Positions 12,201 to 22,971 of a DNA stretch of 49,071 nt are shown here, piece after piece. Position 1 is the first letter of the stretch. Every line of letters starts with the position of its first letter. Below the pieces are notes generated by a model. It was not told the DNA's origin. It saw only the letters and a program-made list of their open reading frames with translations, and did not search any database. A program made the position numbers and the translations under genes. The DNA is from Ferruginibacter sp. (GTDB taxonomy: Bacteria; Bacteroidota; Bacteroidia; Chitinophagales; Chitinophagaceae): the NCBI GenBank assembly GCA_031360055.1, contig JANMAV010000024.1, forward strand, positions 1 through 49,071, read 5' to 3'.

Positions 12201-12359
12201 GCGGCTCAAGAAGATAGGCTTATAACCGAAGCAGAATTACAAGTGGCAGCCCTAATTACAAAGGCAAATGCTTTTTTTGAAACCAAATGGAAAGCTTACC
12301 AGCAATTGGTAGAAGCGTATCCTATAAAGCTTTTTAAGGAGTATAAACCAATGGAGTAA
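9201..12359 (+). CDS. Secreted BNR/Asp-box (VPS10/sortilin-like) beta-propeller protein, putative glycosyl hydrolase
   Basis: Signal peptide; RSIGPAGMSGRV; repeated S/T-x-D-G-G-x-T-W Asp-boxes; GGLQDNGSW; ATFGR; C-terminal coiled coil. Confidence 0.85.
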   Translation: MKKIVLLVFAIISIKISIAQTVDLFKQFKNLKPRSIGPAGMSGRVTSIDAVNTNPDIIYLGTASGGIWKTENAGAKWQPVFDEQPIQNIGAVAITQSNPSIIWAGTGEGNPRNSINIGEGIYKSLDAGKTWKMMGLQKTRNIHRIIINPNNPDIVYVGAIGNPFGAHAERGVYKTIDGGETWKLILHTNDTSGVGDMVMDPHNPNKLFVNMWQHGRTPWSFTSGGKTSGIYVTYDAGNNFKKLGKDEGLPEGNYGRVGLTISRSQPSRVYALVESNKNGLYKSDDGGAKWELINSTTEVVNNRPFYFQDIACDPLNENRVYLIYQMISLSEDGGKNFKTIIPYAGIHPDHHAFYINPVNPNFIIDGNDGGIGISRDRGKTWVFDEKLPIGQFYHINVDNKLPYNVMGGLQDNGSWHGPAYTWKRGGIKNAYWQSTGGGDGFDVMPHPDNEDWVYSMSQGGSLNRYNIATGEEWSIKPPNPSIKIRQRFNWNAAIAQDPFDKNTIYYGSQFVNKSTNSGAAWEQISDDLTTADTAKIDQKNNGGISIDITGAENYCTIIAIEPSTKQQGVIWVGTDDGNVQLTKDGGKSWTNFRSKIPGMPVGAWVPQIRASKYNAAEAFVVCNDYRRADFKPYIFRTTDYGKTWTKLVDENKVKGYALCMIQDPVEPNLIFVGTEQGLWISFDNGDNFQQFKNEYPSVSTYDLAIQEREADLVIATFGRALYILDNIRPLRKIAANKGKLFTQKLTAFNAPIAYQAKIKNASGIEYSTWGSYEGENRKTGAPISFFINKIAADTGKNKLADTAIIKIYDTNNNQIRQLRAKVDSSSGYNTVFWGLDSKGLRQPKNGRADTALVTEPSGLPVNPGQYKVVITLGKNFTDSTYITVKDDPNSPTDLFIRDAKQKYITQIDKSSVKLIELTERLNDAEEVIKKVESSFVYLDKKDADTLRKQSKIMKDSLKSIREIMDGKKQEKQGYGQVPQVTVSGTLQEARGNVLRKNSMPAAQEDRLITEAELQVAALITKANAFFETKWKAYQQLVEAYPIKLFKEYKPME

Positions 12360-12375
12360 GCATGTTATTATAATG

Positions 12376-12413
12376 AAAAAGGGCACTATCAAAATTATGG
12401 TAGTGCCCTTTTT
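12376..12413 (+). terminator. Intrinsic terminator
   Basis: AAAAAGGGCACTATC...GGTAGTGCCCTTTTT. Confidence 0.85.
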
Positions 12414-12630
12414 GTTTGCCTTGATATTACCATAATATTATTTAAATATTTATAGAAATTACTGTATTAATATCCATCATTATTAAACCTTTCATTTCAA
12501 TTATAAACGAAATACGAAACTTGAAGCAAAAAGATTAATCCTTTAAATACTAAAATTAGGGTATAAAGTAAAAGTCCTGTTGCCCAAAATATACCCACCA
12601 GCACGTACATCCAACCTTTATCTATAGAAA

Positions 12631-12638
12631 TACATTTG
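12631..12638 (+). promoter_or_regulatory. -7 promoter element (TACATTTG) for giant T9SS gene
   Basis: TAnnTTTG match 14 nt before ATG 12653. Confidence 0.4.
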
Positions 12639-12652
12639 TTAAAATTTTTTGT

Positions 12653-15600
12653 ATGAAGAAGATAATAAAAAATGTGCTGGTGATAATACTGTTGTTTGGT
12701 TCAACAATATTATCAGCATCAGCAAAAAACAGTAAAAATAATAGTAGCAATAGCAATGCCCCAACAGTAGCTATGATAGGTGTTTATACAGTAAATCCAG
12801 CAGCAGCACCATCTGCCACAAATTTTATACGAATAGGCCAAGCCGATACCGCTATGATGACAAATGGCATTGCTGGGCCTGTTACTATACAAATTTTTAA
12901 CGGTACATACAACCAACCTAACCTTACACTAAACACTGTAGCCGGTGCATCATCTACAAACAGCATAAAATTTACATCGTTTAGTAATGATAGTTTGCAG
13001 GTAAATATTACTAGTCTTTTTCAGGTAATTAATGTACCATATGTAACTCTTGAAAAATTAAGATTTACCGGCAGTAATTCATACCTAAACCCATCAGCCA
13101 TACAATTTGGGGGCACATCAAATAACATCACTATAAAAAGTTGTAACATCACTGGTAGGGTTACTTGGAATGCAGGTAGTGGTTTTACTTTAACCAATAA
13201 TTATCTTGTTGGAGGTGTACAAGTAACGGGTTTAGGAGGTGCTTACATTAACAACATTTTGCTTAAAAATAATATTGTATTAAACGGCTCAAGAGATGGA
13301 AACGACTCTCCATTTATTTTGCAATGTTTTAATGTAACCAAGCCCGTGCTTGATGCCAATACTTTTCAAGATTTTAATTTTAACCATGTATCTGGCGCTT
13401 ATGCTTATAAGGCAACATTTTATTTTGTAGGTTGTAGCGATACCCTTTTTATAAAATACAATAGATTTATTCGTTGTGGTACAAGCAGGTTAATTGGCGA
13501 TTATGATACCAACCCAACCGTTACTACAAAATTGGCACATGTAGAAATGTTTAATAATTTTATTACTGCAGTGGGGCAATTCAGAATTGGCACTTCTGAT
13601 CTAAGTGCTGGAGTTGGGGTAACACAATCAATGCGGTATTACTACAATAATTTTTACAATATTGTAAGTACAAATGCAACAAGTGGTTTTAGTTTTGGTT
13701 CAATAGGTTCTTCATCATTTGAGTCAGGAGTATCACTTTGTAAAAATAATATTTTTGCATCAAAATATACAGCAATTCCTTACTACAGATCTGCTGCCTA
13801 CCCAGCCAATTCCGATAACAATAGCCTTTATACAACAGGGCCAACATTGGTACAAGCAGGGGCTAATTATGCAACCCTAACTGCATATAAAGCGGCTGGT
13901 TTTGAGCCCAATAGTATAGCTGTAAATCCAAAATACTTTGACTCCTCAAACCTACATGTTCAACACCCAAGTTTACTAAGTGCAGGTGTGCCTGCCCCTA
14001 CATCAAACCCACTATTGGTTGATATTGATAATGATAATAGAAATGCTCTTAACCCAGCAATTGGTGCAGATGAGCCCATGATAGCAAGTAACGATGTTAT
14101 TGCTAAACAATTATTACTAACAAAAACTGATTTTGTAGCAAATACTACACAACAATTAAACCTACGCATTGTAAATAATGGCGGAGCTATCTTAAACCAA
14201 GTAAAAGTAAGGTGGAGTATTGATGGCCTGGAGCAATTACCAGCCTACACATGGGCAGGTAGCCTTGCGTATGATAGTGCTACCACCTTAAATTTTGGTA
14301 GCTACAATTTTGCAATGATGAAATATACTAACCTAAAAGTATGGACAGATTTGCCAAATACAGCTCCTGATGCTGTACCTGTAAACGATACGTTGAGGCT
14401 TGATAGTATAATGCCTTTTGCAAGAGGTAACTTTACTATTGGTGGTTTAGCAGCAACAGTACCAAGCTTTACAAAAGCAGCCGAGTACCTTGCTTATGGT
14501 GGGTTAGATAGTGCCGTTGTAATAAACATTGCAAACGGTAAGTATACTGAGCAACCAACTCTAAAATATGTTAGGGGAGCAAGTGCTACAAACCCCATAA
14601 TATTTAAAGGTTTATCTGGTTTAGCAAATGCAGATACGCTAACTTTTGGAAGCACTGGTACTGGTGTAAATCCATACACAACTTTACGGTTAGATAGCGC
14701 TGTATTTATTAATTTTAAAAACATTACAATTCAATCTCTCAATACCAATTCTCAAGAGGTGGAGTTTAGGAGAAATTGTAGGTTTATTAATTTTGATAGT
14801 TGTGTATTTACAGCTTTAGCAACAAACGGAAACAGATCTCATATATATTACGATGCAAACGATTTTTACTTTGCACCAATTGATAGCAATGTAAACTTTA
14901 CAAATAATTTATTTAATGGTGGTTATGGAGGCATAAAAATAAAAGCTAAAAATGTAACTATAAAAGGCAATCGATTTAGTTTGTTCAATACAAGCTCTAC
15001 TGATATTGCGATAGATATTTCAGGCAGTTTTACGGCACCAAATAATATCATCATTGATAGTAATGTAGTAAATTTTACTACAAATGGCGCTGCAATAAAT
15101 CTTAACCAGACTGTATTTGGCAATGGTAATAACATCTCAATTACAAGAAACAAATTATATAGTACCGGCAACACGGGCATAAGTATAGGGCAAAATTATT
15201 TACTCTCTGCCGCTAACCCTATAAAAATTTACAATAATTTTATTAGCCTTAAAAATTCTGGTACTGCATTACGTACTTATGCAAATTTTACAGATATTAG
15301 CCACAACTCTTTTAGTGATAGTACATATTCTGGCTCCGATTTGGTTGATATTATTGCAAACAATGTCACCCTTCGAAATAACATTTTAGCAAAAAACTAT
15401 GCTGGCCCAATTGGGCAATATTACACCACAGGTACAGCTTTAAAAATTGGTACTGCAAATATTTCTACACTTACAAGTACAAATAATTTGTATGCTGTAA
15501 GAGATAGGGATACCGCAACACTCATTAATAACGGTAGTACAACAGTTTCTTTAAGTCAGTGGAAAACCGCTACAGGTAAAGATGTAAATAGTATAAAATC

Positions 15601-18600
15601 TACATCAGCATTTATAAATGAGTTGAACGATTTACATATTAATAAAAACAAACCAGGTGCTGTTGATGTTGCTAAAAAAGCCACACCATTATCAACAATA
15701 TTATTTGATATTGATGATAGTACCCGAAGCCCTACAATGCCCTGTATTGGTTCCGATGAGTTTACCCTTAACCAGGTAGATGCTGGCGTATCTAAAATTA
15801 TTGGATTAGCATATCCCATGCCAGCAGGCAATAATACGCCAATAGTTGCCATAAGAAATTATGGAACAGATGTGGTAACATCCGCTACTATAAACTGGAG
15901 CGTAAATAATGTAGCACAAACACCATATATTTTTGTGGGTAGTATAGCAAGCGGCGATAGCGTTACAAATATTACACTGTCTCCTTATAATTTTATAGGT
16001 ACTCAAGCATACACAATAAAATGCTTCACAACTAATGTAAACGGTGGTGCAGATGTTAATACTCTTAATGATACCATTACTAAAATTGTATACCCAGCAA
16101 TGTGTGGTGGCTATACTATTGCAGGCACTTTACCAGATTTTGCTGGTTTAAAAAATGCACTTAGTTATGCAACCTTAGCTGGCATAAACTGCCCTGTTGT
16201 ATTAAATGTTAGAGATGGACAGTACAATGAATCAGATACCATTACAAATATTTTAGGAACAACTGCTTTCAATACTTTTACTATACAAAGTGAAAGTTTA
16301 GATAGCTCAAAAGTTACTTTTTACCAAACCGATGGCTTTATAAATTCATCTCCTTACGCTGTTTTAAGAATAGATAATGCAAAATATATTAAGCTAAATA
16401 AAATAGGTATAAAACGTACACTCGATCCACTATACCATTTTTATTTTGATGTAATTGCAGTTGCAAATGAGGCTACAGGTTTAGCTATTACCAATTGCGA
16501 TATAGCCTCTGTGGGGCCAGGTGCCATACTTGCATACCAATCACCTTTTGGTTCTGTAATATCCGATATAAATATTACAAACAATAATTTTACTGGTGGT
16601 AATACAGCTATAAGTCTTACAGGAACATCTGGCATCGGGCTTATGAAAAATGTGGGTATTAAAAACAATAAATTTCGTAAACCACTTTACAATTCCAATG
16701 CCACCCAAGTAAATTTAACGTACTTAGGTAATTTAATTTTTGATAGTAACTTTTTAGATAGTACAGCACAAAGTGCAGGGCAGGTGCAAGGTTTAAGTTT
16801 ACAATATAGTGTTGGTAAAATAAGTATTACCAACAATAAAATATTAAAACGCAAAGGGCAAAATGGTATGTATTTTAACAGCGTTGCAGGTTTAAACTTT
16901 GCAGATAGTGCAGTTATAATTGCCAATAATTTTATTACTATAGATAGTGTTGCTAATAATGTTGCTGCTATGTATTGTTATTACATGGGCAGAAATGTGA
17001 AAGTTGTTTACAATAATTTACTAAACAATTGTTATGGGTCAAGCAGTAGCTCAGCAGCACTTTATTATACAACTGGGTTTAGTGCTGGTACATTTAAAGA
17101 TACTATAACAAATAATAATATTACACAAACAGGTGTAGGGTTTGGGTTAATAGAAACACAGTCAACACCTGGAGATATTAATAGCACAAACAATAATATT
17201 TATTCAACTACAGGTACCAAGTTAGCGTATTACAATAACACACAATATAATACCATTGCTAGTTTGGCTACCGCAAGTGGTACACATACGGCTTCAGTGA
17301 GTATGAACCCTTTGTATATATCTAATAGCGATTTGCATGTAACTGAGCTTGCACTTAGAACGTTGGGTAAACCACTTAATTATGTTTTAAATGATATTGA
17401 TAACGATGTTAGAAATGTAACTAATACTACAATTGGTGCAGATGAAATTATAGTAAATAATTTAGATATTGGGGTAGCAGGTTTACTATCACCTACATTA
17501 CCCTTTGCCGCAGGCAACCAAAATATAAATGTTAGTTTAAAAAATTATGGAGCTACAACAATCACAAGTGCTACCATTAATTGGAGTATAAATGGTATAC
17601 TACAAACACCTTTTAATTATAGTGGTAGCCTAGCTTTTAACAATGTTGCAACTGTTACTTTAATCAATTACAATTTTTTAATTGATAGTGCATACAACAT
17701 TAAATTTTATACCAGCAACCCCAATGCTGGCGTTGATGCCAATACTGCAAATGATAGTACAATGGTTACAAACTTTTATACAGCCTTAAGTGGAGGGTAC
17801 ACTATTGGTGGTTTGACACCTCAGTTTAAAACATTTGGCAGGTCAGCTATTAACCTTAAATATGGTGGTATGCTGGGCAATGTAATTTTTAATATAAGAG
17901 ATGGAGTTTATAACGAAGCATTAAAGGTTGATTCCATTCCGTTTCAAAACAACTTTGCCACCACTTGGCAGAGCGAAAGTGGAGATAGTAGTAAAGTAAC
18001 GTTAACGTATAGCCCAACTATTGCAGATAATGTAAATGCTGTTGTACATTTTAACAATACAAAAAATTTAATTATTAAAAAAATTACTGTTCAGGCTAAG
18101 TTGCCACTTAACAGCAATTACGCAGCACCTAGTTTTAAGTCAATCATATATTTTTCTGCTAAAAATAAAAATATACTACTACAATCTAACAGAATTATTG
18201 ACAGTACTTTTTTTACATACCCGTATGACAATAACACAGGCGCCAGATTTATTTATAACCGAGACGAAACCATTCCTACAAACAATAATTTTTACCGCTC
18301 TTACGATTCTAGCATTGTAATAGATAAAAATTATTTTAAGCAAACGAATCTTAATGGAAATCCCATTATAGATTTAAGTGGGGTTGTGCAATACAATTTT
18401 AATAATACAATTATTTTATTTAGTAACTATTTAAACAACTGTACTGTAAGCAACAACAAGTTTGATTTGTATGATATTAGCAAGTACACTATCTTAATTG
18501 GAGATGTTGATAGCTTAAAATTTATATCAAATAAAATTACAGGCAGGTCAGTACTCAGTGGTAAAGATTATTTAGTTATCGATAAAAACGATTTTTATCA

Positions 18601-21600
18601 TGAAGGCAATAACCAAGTGGCACTAACTGTTGCTGCAGGCACTGGCAGGGCAGCCAATAAACCTTGTATAATAAGCAACAATACAGTACAAACAAAAGTG
18701 GTAGGTTTTTTTAATGCTGATAATGTAAACAATAGTGCATGTAGTATTACTGGCGATAGGGTTAATTTTATACACAACACAGTAGTAGCAAGTGATACAG
18801 GGTATTTGAGTGGCTATGGAAGCTATGCTGCATTAAATTTAATTGGTAATTTAGATACCGTAAAAAACAATGTTTTTTACAATGTAAATGGGGGTTATCT
18901 ATTAAACACCACTTGTACAAACCTTAATAGTAACTACAATAATTACGTTTACACTAATCATTTTAGCAGCAACGCAAATTCATTAACGCAATACAAAGCA
19001 GTAACTGGGCAAGATGCTAATTCTGCTCAAAACATTAACCCATATTTTAGAGGTGCTACAGATTTACATGCAAGCAATATTTTATTAAAAGCAGCACCAG
19101 CACCAGTACCTACAAAATTATTTTTTACCGCCGATGTTGATGGCCAACCAAGAGCTGCCTTTAACTGCTATGGTGCTGATGAATTTTTGCAACCATTAAA
19201 TGATATGGTAGTATTAGATGCAAGCCCTGCAAAAATTTTCCCAGAAGGGTTAAATGATATTAAAATTCATGTATACAATAATGGTAGCAATGCTATAACA
19301 AGTTTTAATGCCATTGCTAATATTGATAATTATAACGATGTAACGTACAACTATACTAATGCCGGCAACCTAAATTATAATTTTTCAGGAGCCATAGCAC
19401 CGGGTGCAGAAGTTACAATTACACTTGGGCAAATAAACATACCTATGCGTAAAAATATTTTTAAAATAAATACGTATAACTTAAATGGTATTGGCGATGA
19501 GGTGCCCTATACAGATTCTTTACAAAACAATAATTATTATGCAGGCTTTAATGGTACGTATAGTTTTCAAAATAATACAGCACCTAATACTAGTGTAACC
19601 TTTAATAGTTTTGTAGCAGCAGCTAAACAATTAAGTGCTGGCGGTGTGTATGGCCCATCTACCTTAAACCTTATGACAGGCCTGCATAATACCTCGTTTA
19701 ATATTGATAGCATACCTAATAGAGGAGCTATTAGCCCATTGATAATACAAAGCCAAAATGGCGATAGTAGTAGCACAGGCTTTATTACCGACCCAGGTGG
19801 AAACGTAAATTTAAAAATTTTTAAAGCCAGTTATGTAACCGTAAAAAATTTATATTTCGGCATGTCAGCTTCTGGCCTTGTAAATAATTATCAAATAGCA
19901 TTAGGCTTTAATAGCCAAAACATAAACTTTGAAAACAATAAAATTGTAAACGATAACAATGCTGTTAGTGGAGCAAATAATGGAGGTACTAATGCCATTT
20001 TTGTAGCAGGTAATTGGGGTGGTCAAAAGTTTTCATCAGACAGTAATTTTACTTTTAAAAACAACCTCATTATTGGCGGTCAAAAAGGTATAAATGCTTA
20101 CGGAGCATTGGTAAATGGTTTTACTATAAAAAATGTAAATATTATAAAAAATACATTTTTAAATCAATATAATACGGGTGTAGTTATAGATGGCGTAATT
20201 GGTAGTTTAATTGACTCAAATAAAATAACAACCAACAGCACCAACAATCAGTGCAAGGGTATTGATATTGTAGCCTCAGAAAAATTGAACACCATTTCAA
20301 AAAATAGCATATATATTGGTAATGATGGCTATGGTATTTATAACTTTCCATCTGCTCAGTACTACTTATCTATTGATACTTTGCAGGTTTATAATAACTT
20401 TATTACTGTTGGGCAAAACCAAGCATCTAAAGGGTTGTACATTGCAGCCACTAATGGTAAGCAAGTAAAAGTAATGCACAATAGTATTAACAATCGCTCT
20501 ACCAATGCTGCATCGGGAGCATTTTATTACAGCCATAATTTTAATACAACAACTGGTAGAGCTTTAATCATAAATAATATCTTTTCCAACAAAAGCCTTG
20601 GTTTACCGGTAGAAATTTTAAACTACAACAACTCAGCTTACATTAATCAAAAAAATAATAATTTATATACACTGGGCTCTCTGTTTGGTAAGATAAATGG
20701 CAATAGTTATAGTAGTTTAGCAACACTAGCAGCTACAGGTATAGACTATAACAGTGTAACTGGTGACCCACTATTTTTGGCAGATGATGATTTACATGTT
20801 GATTGTGCTGTTGTAAATAACACTGGGTCATTGGATGCTAATCCTTACGTAAAAACAGATATAGATAACGAAAATAGGAACAGCAACAATCCTGATATTG
20901 GAGCCGATGAATTTTCGTTACCAAACTTTGGAGCGGTACAATTAGAAACACCTTTAAGCAGTTGTAGCCATAGTAGTACAGAAACAGTAAAAGCATACAT
21001 TAAAAACTTCGGTACAACAGCACGTACCAATATTCCTGTTGCTTACAGAATTAATATGGGTGCAGCTATTGTAGATACTGTTCGTACCACAATTAATGCA
21101 GGTGATAGTGTTTTGTTTACATTCACACAAACAGCCAACCTTGCCGCCCCACAAGATTATTATATTGATGTATGGTCAAATTACAGAGGTGATAGTATAC
21201 CAAGTAACGATACGCTAAAGCAATTTTTGGTAGCCACCACACCTGCAAATAATATATTGCCTTACTATACTGGCTTTGAAGGTACGCCAGCTGGCTGGTA
21301 CACTGGTGGCCAAAACAGTAGTTTTAAATGGGGTGTAATTTTTAGTGGTGTGATAGATAGTGCCGCCAATGGCTTAAATGCATGGAAAAGTAACTTAACT
21401 GGTCCACATAAAAACAATGAATTCAGTTATTTGTATAGCCCTTGTTTTGATCTCTCTGCAACAACTGTTGATCCTACCCTAAATTTCAATTTGGCTTTTC
21501 AACTAGAAAATAATATTGATAAAGCTTGGGTAGAAATTAGTACCAATGCAGGTGCCACTTGGAGCAAACTAGGTGCACAAGGCGAAGGGCTTGGTTGGTA

Positions 21601-22816
21601 CAATAACGCAGGCAATTATTGGACGGGTAATAGTGCATACTTTCACAATGCAAAACACTTGTTACCAATTACTGCATTGGCAAATAAGAGTAGTGTAAGG
21701 ATACGATTTGTACTGCAAACAAATGGCAGCATTGTGCAAGATGGATTAGCAATAGACGATGTGAGCATTTACACTGGCACCAATGCACCCGTAAGTGCAG
21801 GCACATACATTGGGCGTATGGCGGTAAGCACTGGCACAGCAACGTTTATACAAGTAAATGACCCAAGTGGTAATAGAATTATTGAGTTAAATGATAATGG
21901 GCAAAACCTTGGTAATATAACGGTAGATGTAAACCAAAACGCAGGCAACGCTCCAACATTCTATAATGGTAACTCATACCTTGGTAGAAGCTTTGTAATA
22001 AAAGTACAAAATCAACCTACAGCACCTGTATCCGTAAGGTTGTTTATAACACAAGCTGAGTTTGATGCATGGAAACTTGCTGACCCATCAATTAACCAAG
22101 TAAGGAGTATAGCTGTATATAAATTTAGTGGTACCATTGAAGATTTCAGTTTAGCTAATAATACAGCAGGCACCCCCCTTACCATTCAGCCTGCTCAAGT
22201 TACTAAAATACCTTACCTGGATGGTTACTTTTTAGAATTTACGGTTAGCAGTTTTAGCGAATTTTGGATAACAAAAGGAACTCCATTGGTTGTGTTGCCA
22301 GTTAAATTTGTAAACGTACAAGCAAGGTTACAAAACAATACGGCTGCTGTAAATTGGCAAGTAGCCAATGAGCAAAATGTAGCAAGGTATGATGTGCTAC
22401 ATAGCACAAACGGTAGTACTTTTAACAATGTAGGAAGCGTAAATTACCAAGGCGGCAATAGCAATTATAGCTTTATACACAATCAACCACAATACGGTAT
22501 AAACTATTATCAAATAAAACAAATTGATATAGATAATAAATTTGCATTAAGCAATATTGTAAGGGTAGATAATACAAAAGCTATTATTATAAAAATTTAT
22601 CCAACCGTATTTACCAATAGCTTTATTGTAGAGAATGGCAACAATATAAACATGGTTATACAATTGTTTGGGGTTGATGGAAAACTGTATAAACAACAGA
22701 GCTTACAGCCTGGTACAAATACAATACAAACTTTAGGCCTTGCTAAAGGAGTTTACATATATAAAATAATGAATGGAAAAGCCATAATTCAAACAAATAA
22801 AATCATAAAACAATAG
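12653..22816 (+). CDS. Giant (3387 aa) T9SS-secreted protein with five tandem parallel beta-helix + CARDB-like modules
   Basis: Signal peptide; Asn-rich beta-helix-type rungs; recurring G.YTIG, DLH, DID..R..IGADE and NDT motifs; LPVKF then a C-terminal sorting domain (IYPT...GVYIY). Confidence 0.8.
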   Translation: MKKIIKNVLVIILLFGSTILSASAKNSKNNSSNSNAPTVAMIGVYTVNPAAAPSATNFIRIGQADTAMMTNGIAGPVTIQIFNGTYNQPNLTLNTVAGASSTNSIKFTSFSNDSLQVNITSLFQVINVPYVTLEKLRFTGSNSYLNPSAIQFGGTSNNITIKSCNITGRVTWNAGSGFTLTNNYLVGGVQVTGLGGAYINNILLKNNIVLNGSRDGNDSPFILQCFNVTKPVLDANTFQDFNFNHVSGAYAYKATFYFVGCSDTLFIKYNRFIRCGTSRLIGDYDTNPTVTTKLAHVEMFNNFITAVGQFRIGTSDLSAGVGVTQSMRYYYNNFYNIVSTNATSGFSFGSIGSSSFESGVSLCKNNIFASKYTAIPYYRSAAYPANSDNNSLYTTGPTLVQAGANYATLTAYKAAGFEPNSIAVNPKYFDSSNLHVQHPSLLSAGVPAPTSNPLLVDIDNDNRNALNPAIGADEPMIASNDVIAKQLLLTKTDFVANTTQQLNLRIVNNGGAILNQVKVRWSIDGLEQLPAYTWAGSLAYDSATTLNFGSYNFAMMKYTNLKVWTDLPNTAPDAVPVNDTLRLDSIMPFARGNFTIGGLAATVPSFTKAAEYLAYGGLDSAVVINIANGKYTEQPTLKYVRGASATNPIIFKGLSGLANADTLTFGSTGTGVNPYTTLRLDSAVFINFKNITIQSLNTNSQEVEFRRNCRFINFDSCVFTALATNGNRSHIYYDANDFYFAPIDSNVNFTNNLFNGGYGGIKIKAKNVTIKGNRFSLFNTSSTDIAIDISGSFTAPNNIIIDSNVVNFTTNGAAINLNQTVFGNGNNISITRNKLYSTGNTGISIGQNYLLSAANPIKIYNNFISLKNSGTALRTYANFTDISHNSFSDSTYSGSDLVDIIANNVTLRNNILAKNYAGPIGQYYTTGTALKIGTANISTLTSTNNLYAVRDRDTATLINNGSTTVSLSQWKTATGKDVNSIKSTSAFINELNDLHINKNKPGAVDVAKKATPLSTILFDIDDSTRSPTMPCIGSDEFTLNQVDAGVSKIIGLAYPMPAGNNTPIVAIRNYGTDVVTSATINWSVNNVAQTPYIFVGSIASGDSVTNITLSPYNFIGTQAYTIKCFTTNVNGGADVNTLNDTITKIVYPAMCGGYTIAGTLPDFAGLKNALSYATLAGINCPVVLNVRDGQYNESDTITNILGTTAFNTFTIQSESLDSSKVTFYQTDGFINSSPYAVLRIDNAKYIKLNKIGIKRTLDPLYHFYFDVIAVANEATGLAITNCDIASVGPGAILAYQSPFGSVISDINITNNNFTGGNTAISLTGTSGIGLMKNVGIKNNKFRKPLYNSNATQVNLTYLGNLIFDSNFLDSTAQSAGQVQGLSLQYSVGKISITNNKILKRKGQNGMYFNSVAGLNFADSAVIIANNFITIDSVANNVAAMYCYYMGRNVKVVYNNLLNNCYGSSSSSAALYYTTGFSAGTFKDTITNNNITQTGVGFGLIETQSTPGDINSTNNNIYSTTGTKLAYYNNTQYNTIASLATASGTHTASVSMNPLYISNSDLHVTELALRTLGKPLNYVLNDIDNDVRNVTNTTIGADEIIVNNLDIGVAGLLSPTLPFAAGNQNINVSLKNYGATTITSATINWSINGILQTPFNYSGSLAFNNVATVTLINYNFLIDSAYNIKFYTSNPNAGVDANTANDSTMVTNFYTALSGGYTIGGLTPQFKTFGRSAINLKYGGMLGNVIFNIRDGVYNEALKVDSIPFQNNFATTWQSESGDSSKVTLTYSPTIADNVNAVVHFNNTKNLIIKKITVQAKLPLNSNYAAPSFKSIIYFSAKNKNILLQSNRIIDSTFFTYPYDNNTGARFIYNRDETIPTNNNFYRSYDSSIVIDKNYFKQTNLNGNPIIDLSGVVQYNFNNTIILFSNYLNNCTVSNNKFDLYDISKYTILIGDVDSLKFISNKITGRSVLSGKDYLVIDKNDFYHEGNNQVALTVAAGTGRAANKPCIISNNTVQTKVVGFFNADNVNNSACSITGDRVNFIHNTVVASDTGYLSGYGSYAALNLIGNLDTVKNNVFYNVNGGYLLNTTCTNLNSNYNNYVYTNHFSSNANSLTQYKAVTGQDANSAQNINPYFRGATDLHASNILLKAAPAPVPTKLFFTADVDGQPRAAFNCYGADEFLQPLNDMVVLDASPAKIFPEGLNDIKIHVYNNGSNAITSFNAIANIDNYNDVTYNYTNAGNLNYNFSGAIAPGAEVTITLGQINIPMRKNIFKINTYNLNGIGDEVPYTDSLQNNNYYAGFNGTYSFQNNTAPNTSVTFNSFVAAAKQLSAGGVYGPSTLNLMTGLHNTSFNIDSIPNRGAISPLIIQSQNGDSSSTGFITDPGGNVNLKIFKASYVTVKNLYFGMSASGLVNNYQIALGFNSQNINFENNKIVNDNNAVSGANNGGTNAIFVAGNWGGQKFSSDSNFTFKNNLIIGGQKGINAYGALVNGFTIKNVNIIKNTFLNQYNTGVVIDGVIGSLIDSNKITTNSTNNQCKGIDIVASEKLNTISKNSIYIGNDGYGIYNFPSAQYYLSIDTLQVYNNFITVGQNQASKGLYIAATNGKQVKVMHNSINNRSTNAASGAFYYSHNFNTTTGRALIINNIFSNKSLGLPVEILNYNNSAYINQKNNNLYTLGSLFGKINGNSYSSLATLAATGIDYNSVTGDPLFLADDDLHVDCAVVNNTGSLDANPYVKTDIDNENRNSNNPDIGADEFSLPNFGAVQLETPLSSCSHSSTETVKAYIKNFGTTARTNIPVAYRINMGAAIVDTVRTTINAGDSVLFTFTQTANLAAPQDYYIDVWSNYRGDSIPSNDTLKQFLVATTPANNILPYYTGFEGTPAGWYTGGQNSSFKWGVIFSGVIDSAANGLNAWKSNLTGPHKNNEFSYLYSPCFDLSATTVDPTLNFNLAFQLENNIDKAWVEISTNAGATWSKLGAQGEGLGWYNNAGNYWTGNSAYFHNAKHLLPITALANKSSVRIRFVLQTNGSIVQDGLAIDDVSIYTGTNAPVSAGTYIGRMAVSTGTATFIQVNDPSGNRIIELNDNGQNLGNITVDVNQNAGNAPTFYNGNSYLGRSFVIKVQNQPTAPVSVRLFITQAEFDAWKLADPSINQVRSIAVYKFSGTIEDFSLANNTAGTPLTIQPAQVTKIPYLDGYFLEFTVSSFSEFWITKGTPLVVLPVKFVNVQARLQNNTAAVNWQVANEQNVARYDVLHSTNGSTFNNVGSVNYQGGNSNYSFIHNQPQYGINYYQIKQIDIDNKFALSNIVRVDNTKAIIIKIYPTVFTNSFIVENGNNINMVIQLFGVDGKLYKQQSLQPGTNTIQTLGLAKGVYIYKIMNGKAIIQTNKIIKQ

Positions 22817-22841
22817 TTTACAGAGAGGCGGTTTTACAACA

Positions 22842-22885
22842 GGTGGTTAGCTTTTAATTTATTTTAAAAGGTAGCCACTTTTTTT
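22842..22885 (+). terminator. Intrinsic terminator
   Basis: GTGGTTAGCTTTT...AAAAGGTAGCCAC imperfect stem plus T-run. Confidence 0.65.
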
Positions 22886-22971
22886 ATGTGCAAACACAAA
22901 AAACCTTAAACTAAATTTTTTACAACATAAAATATAAAACCCTCATTTTTGCACCTACGCAAGCAAAACTC

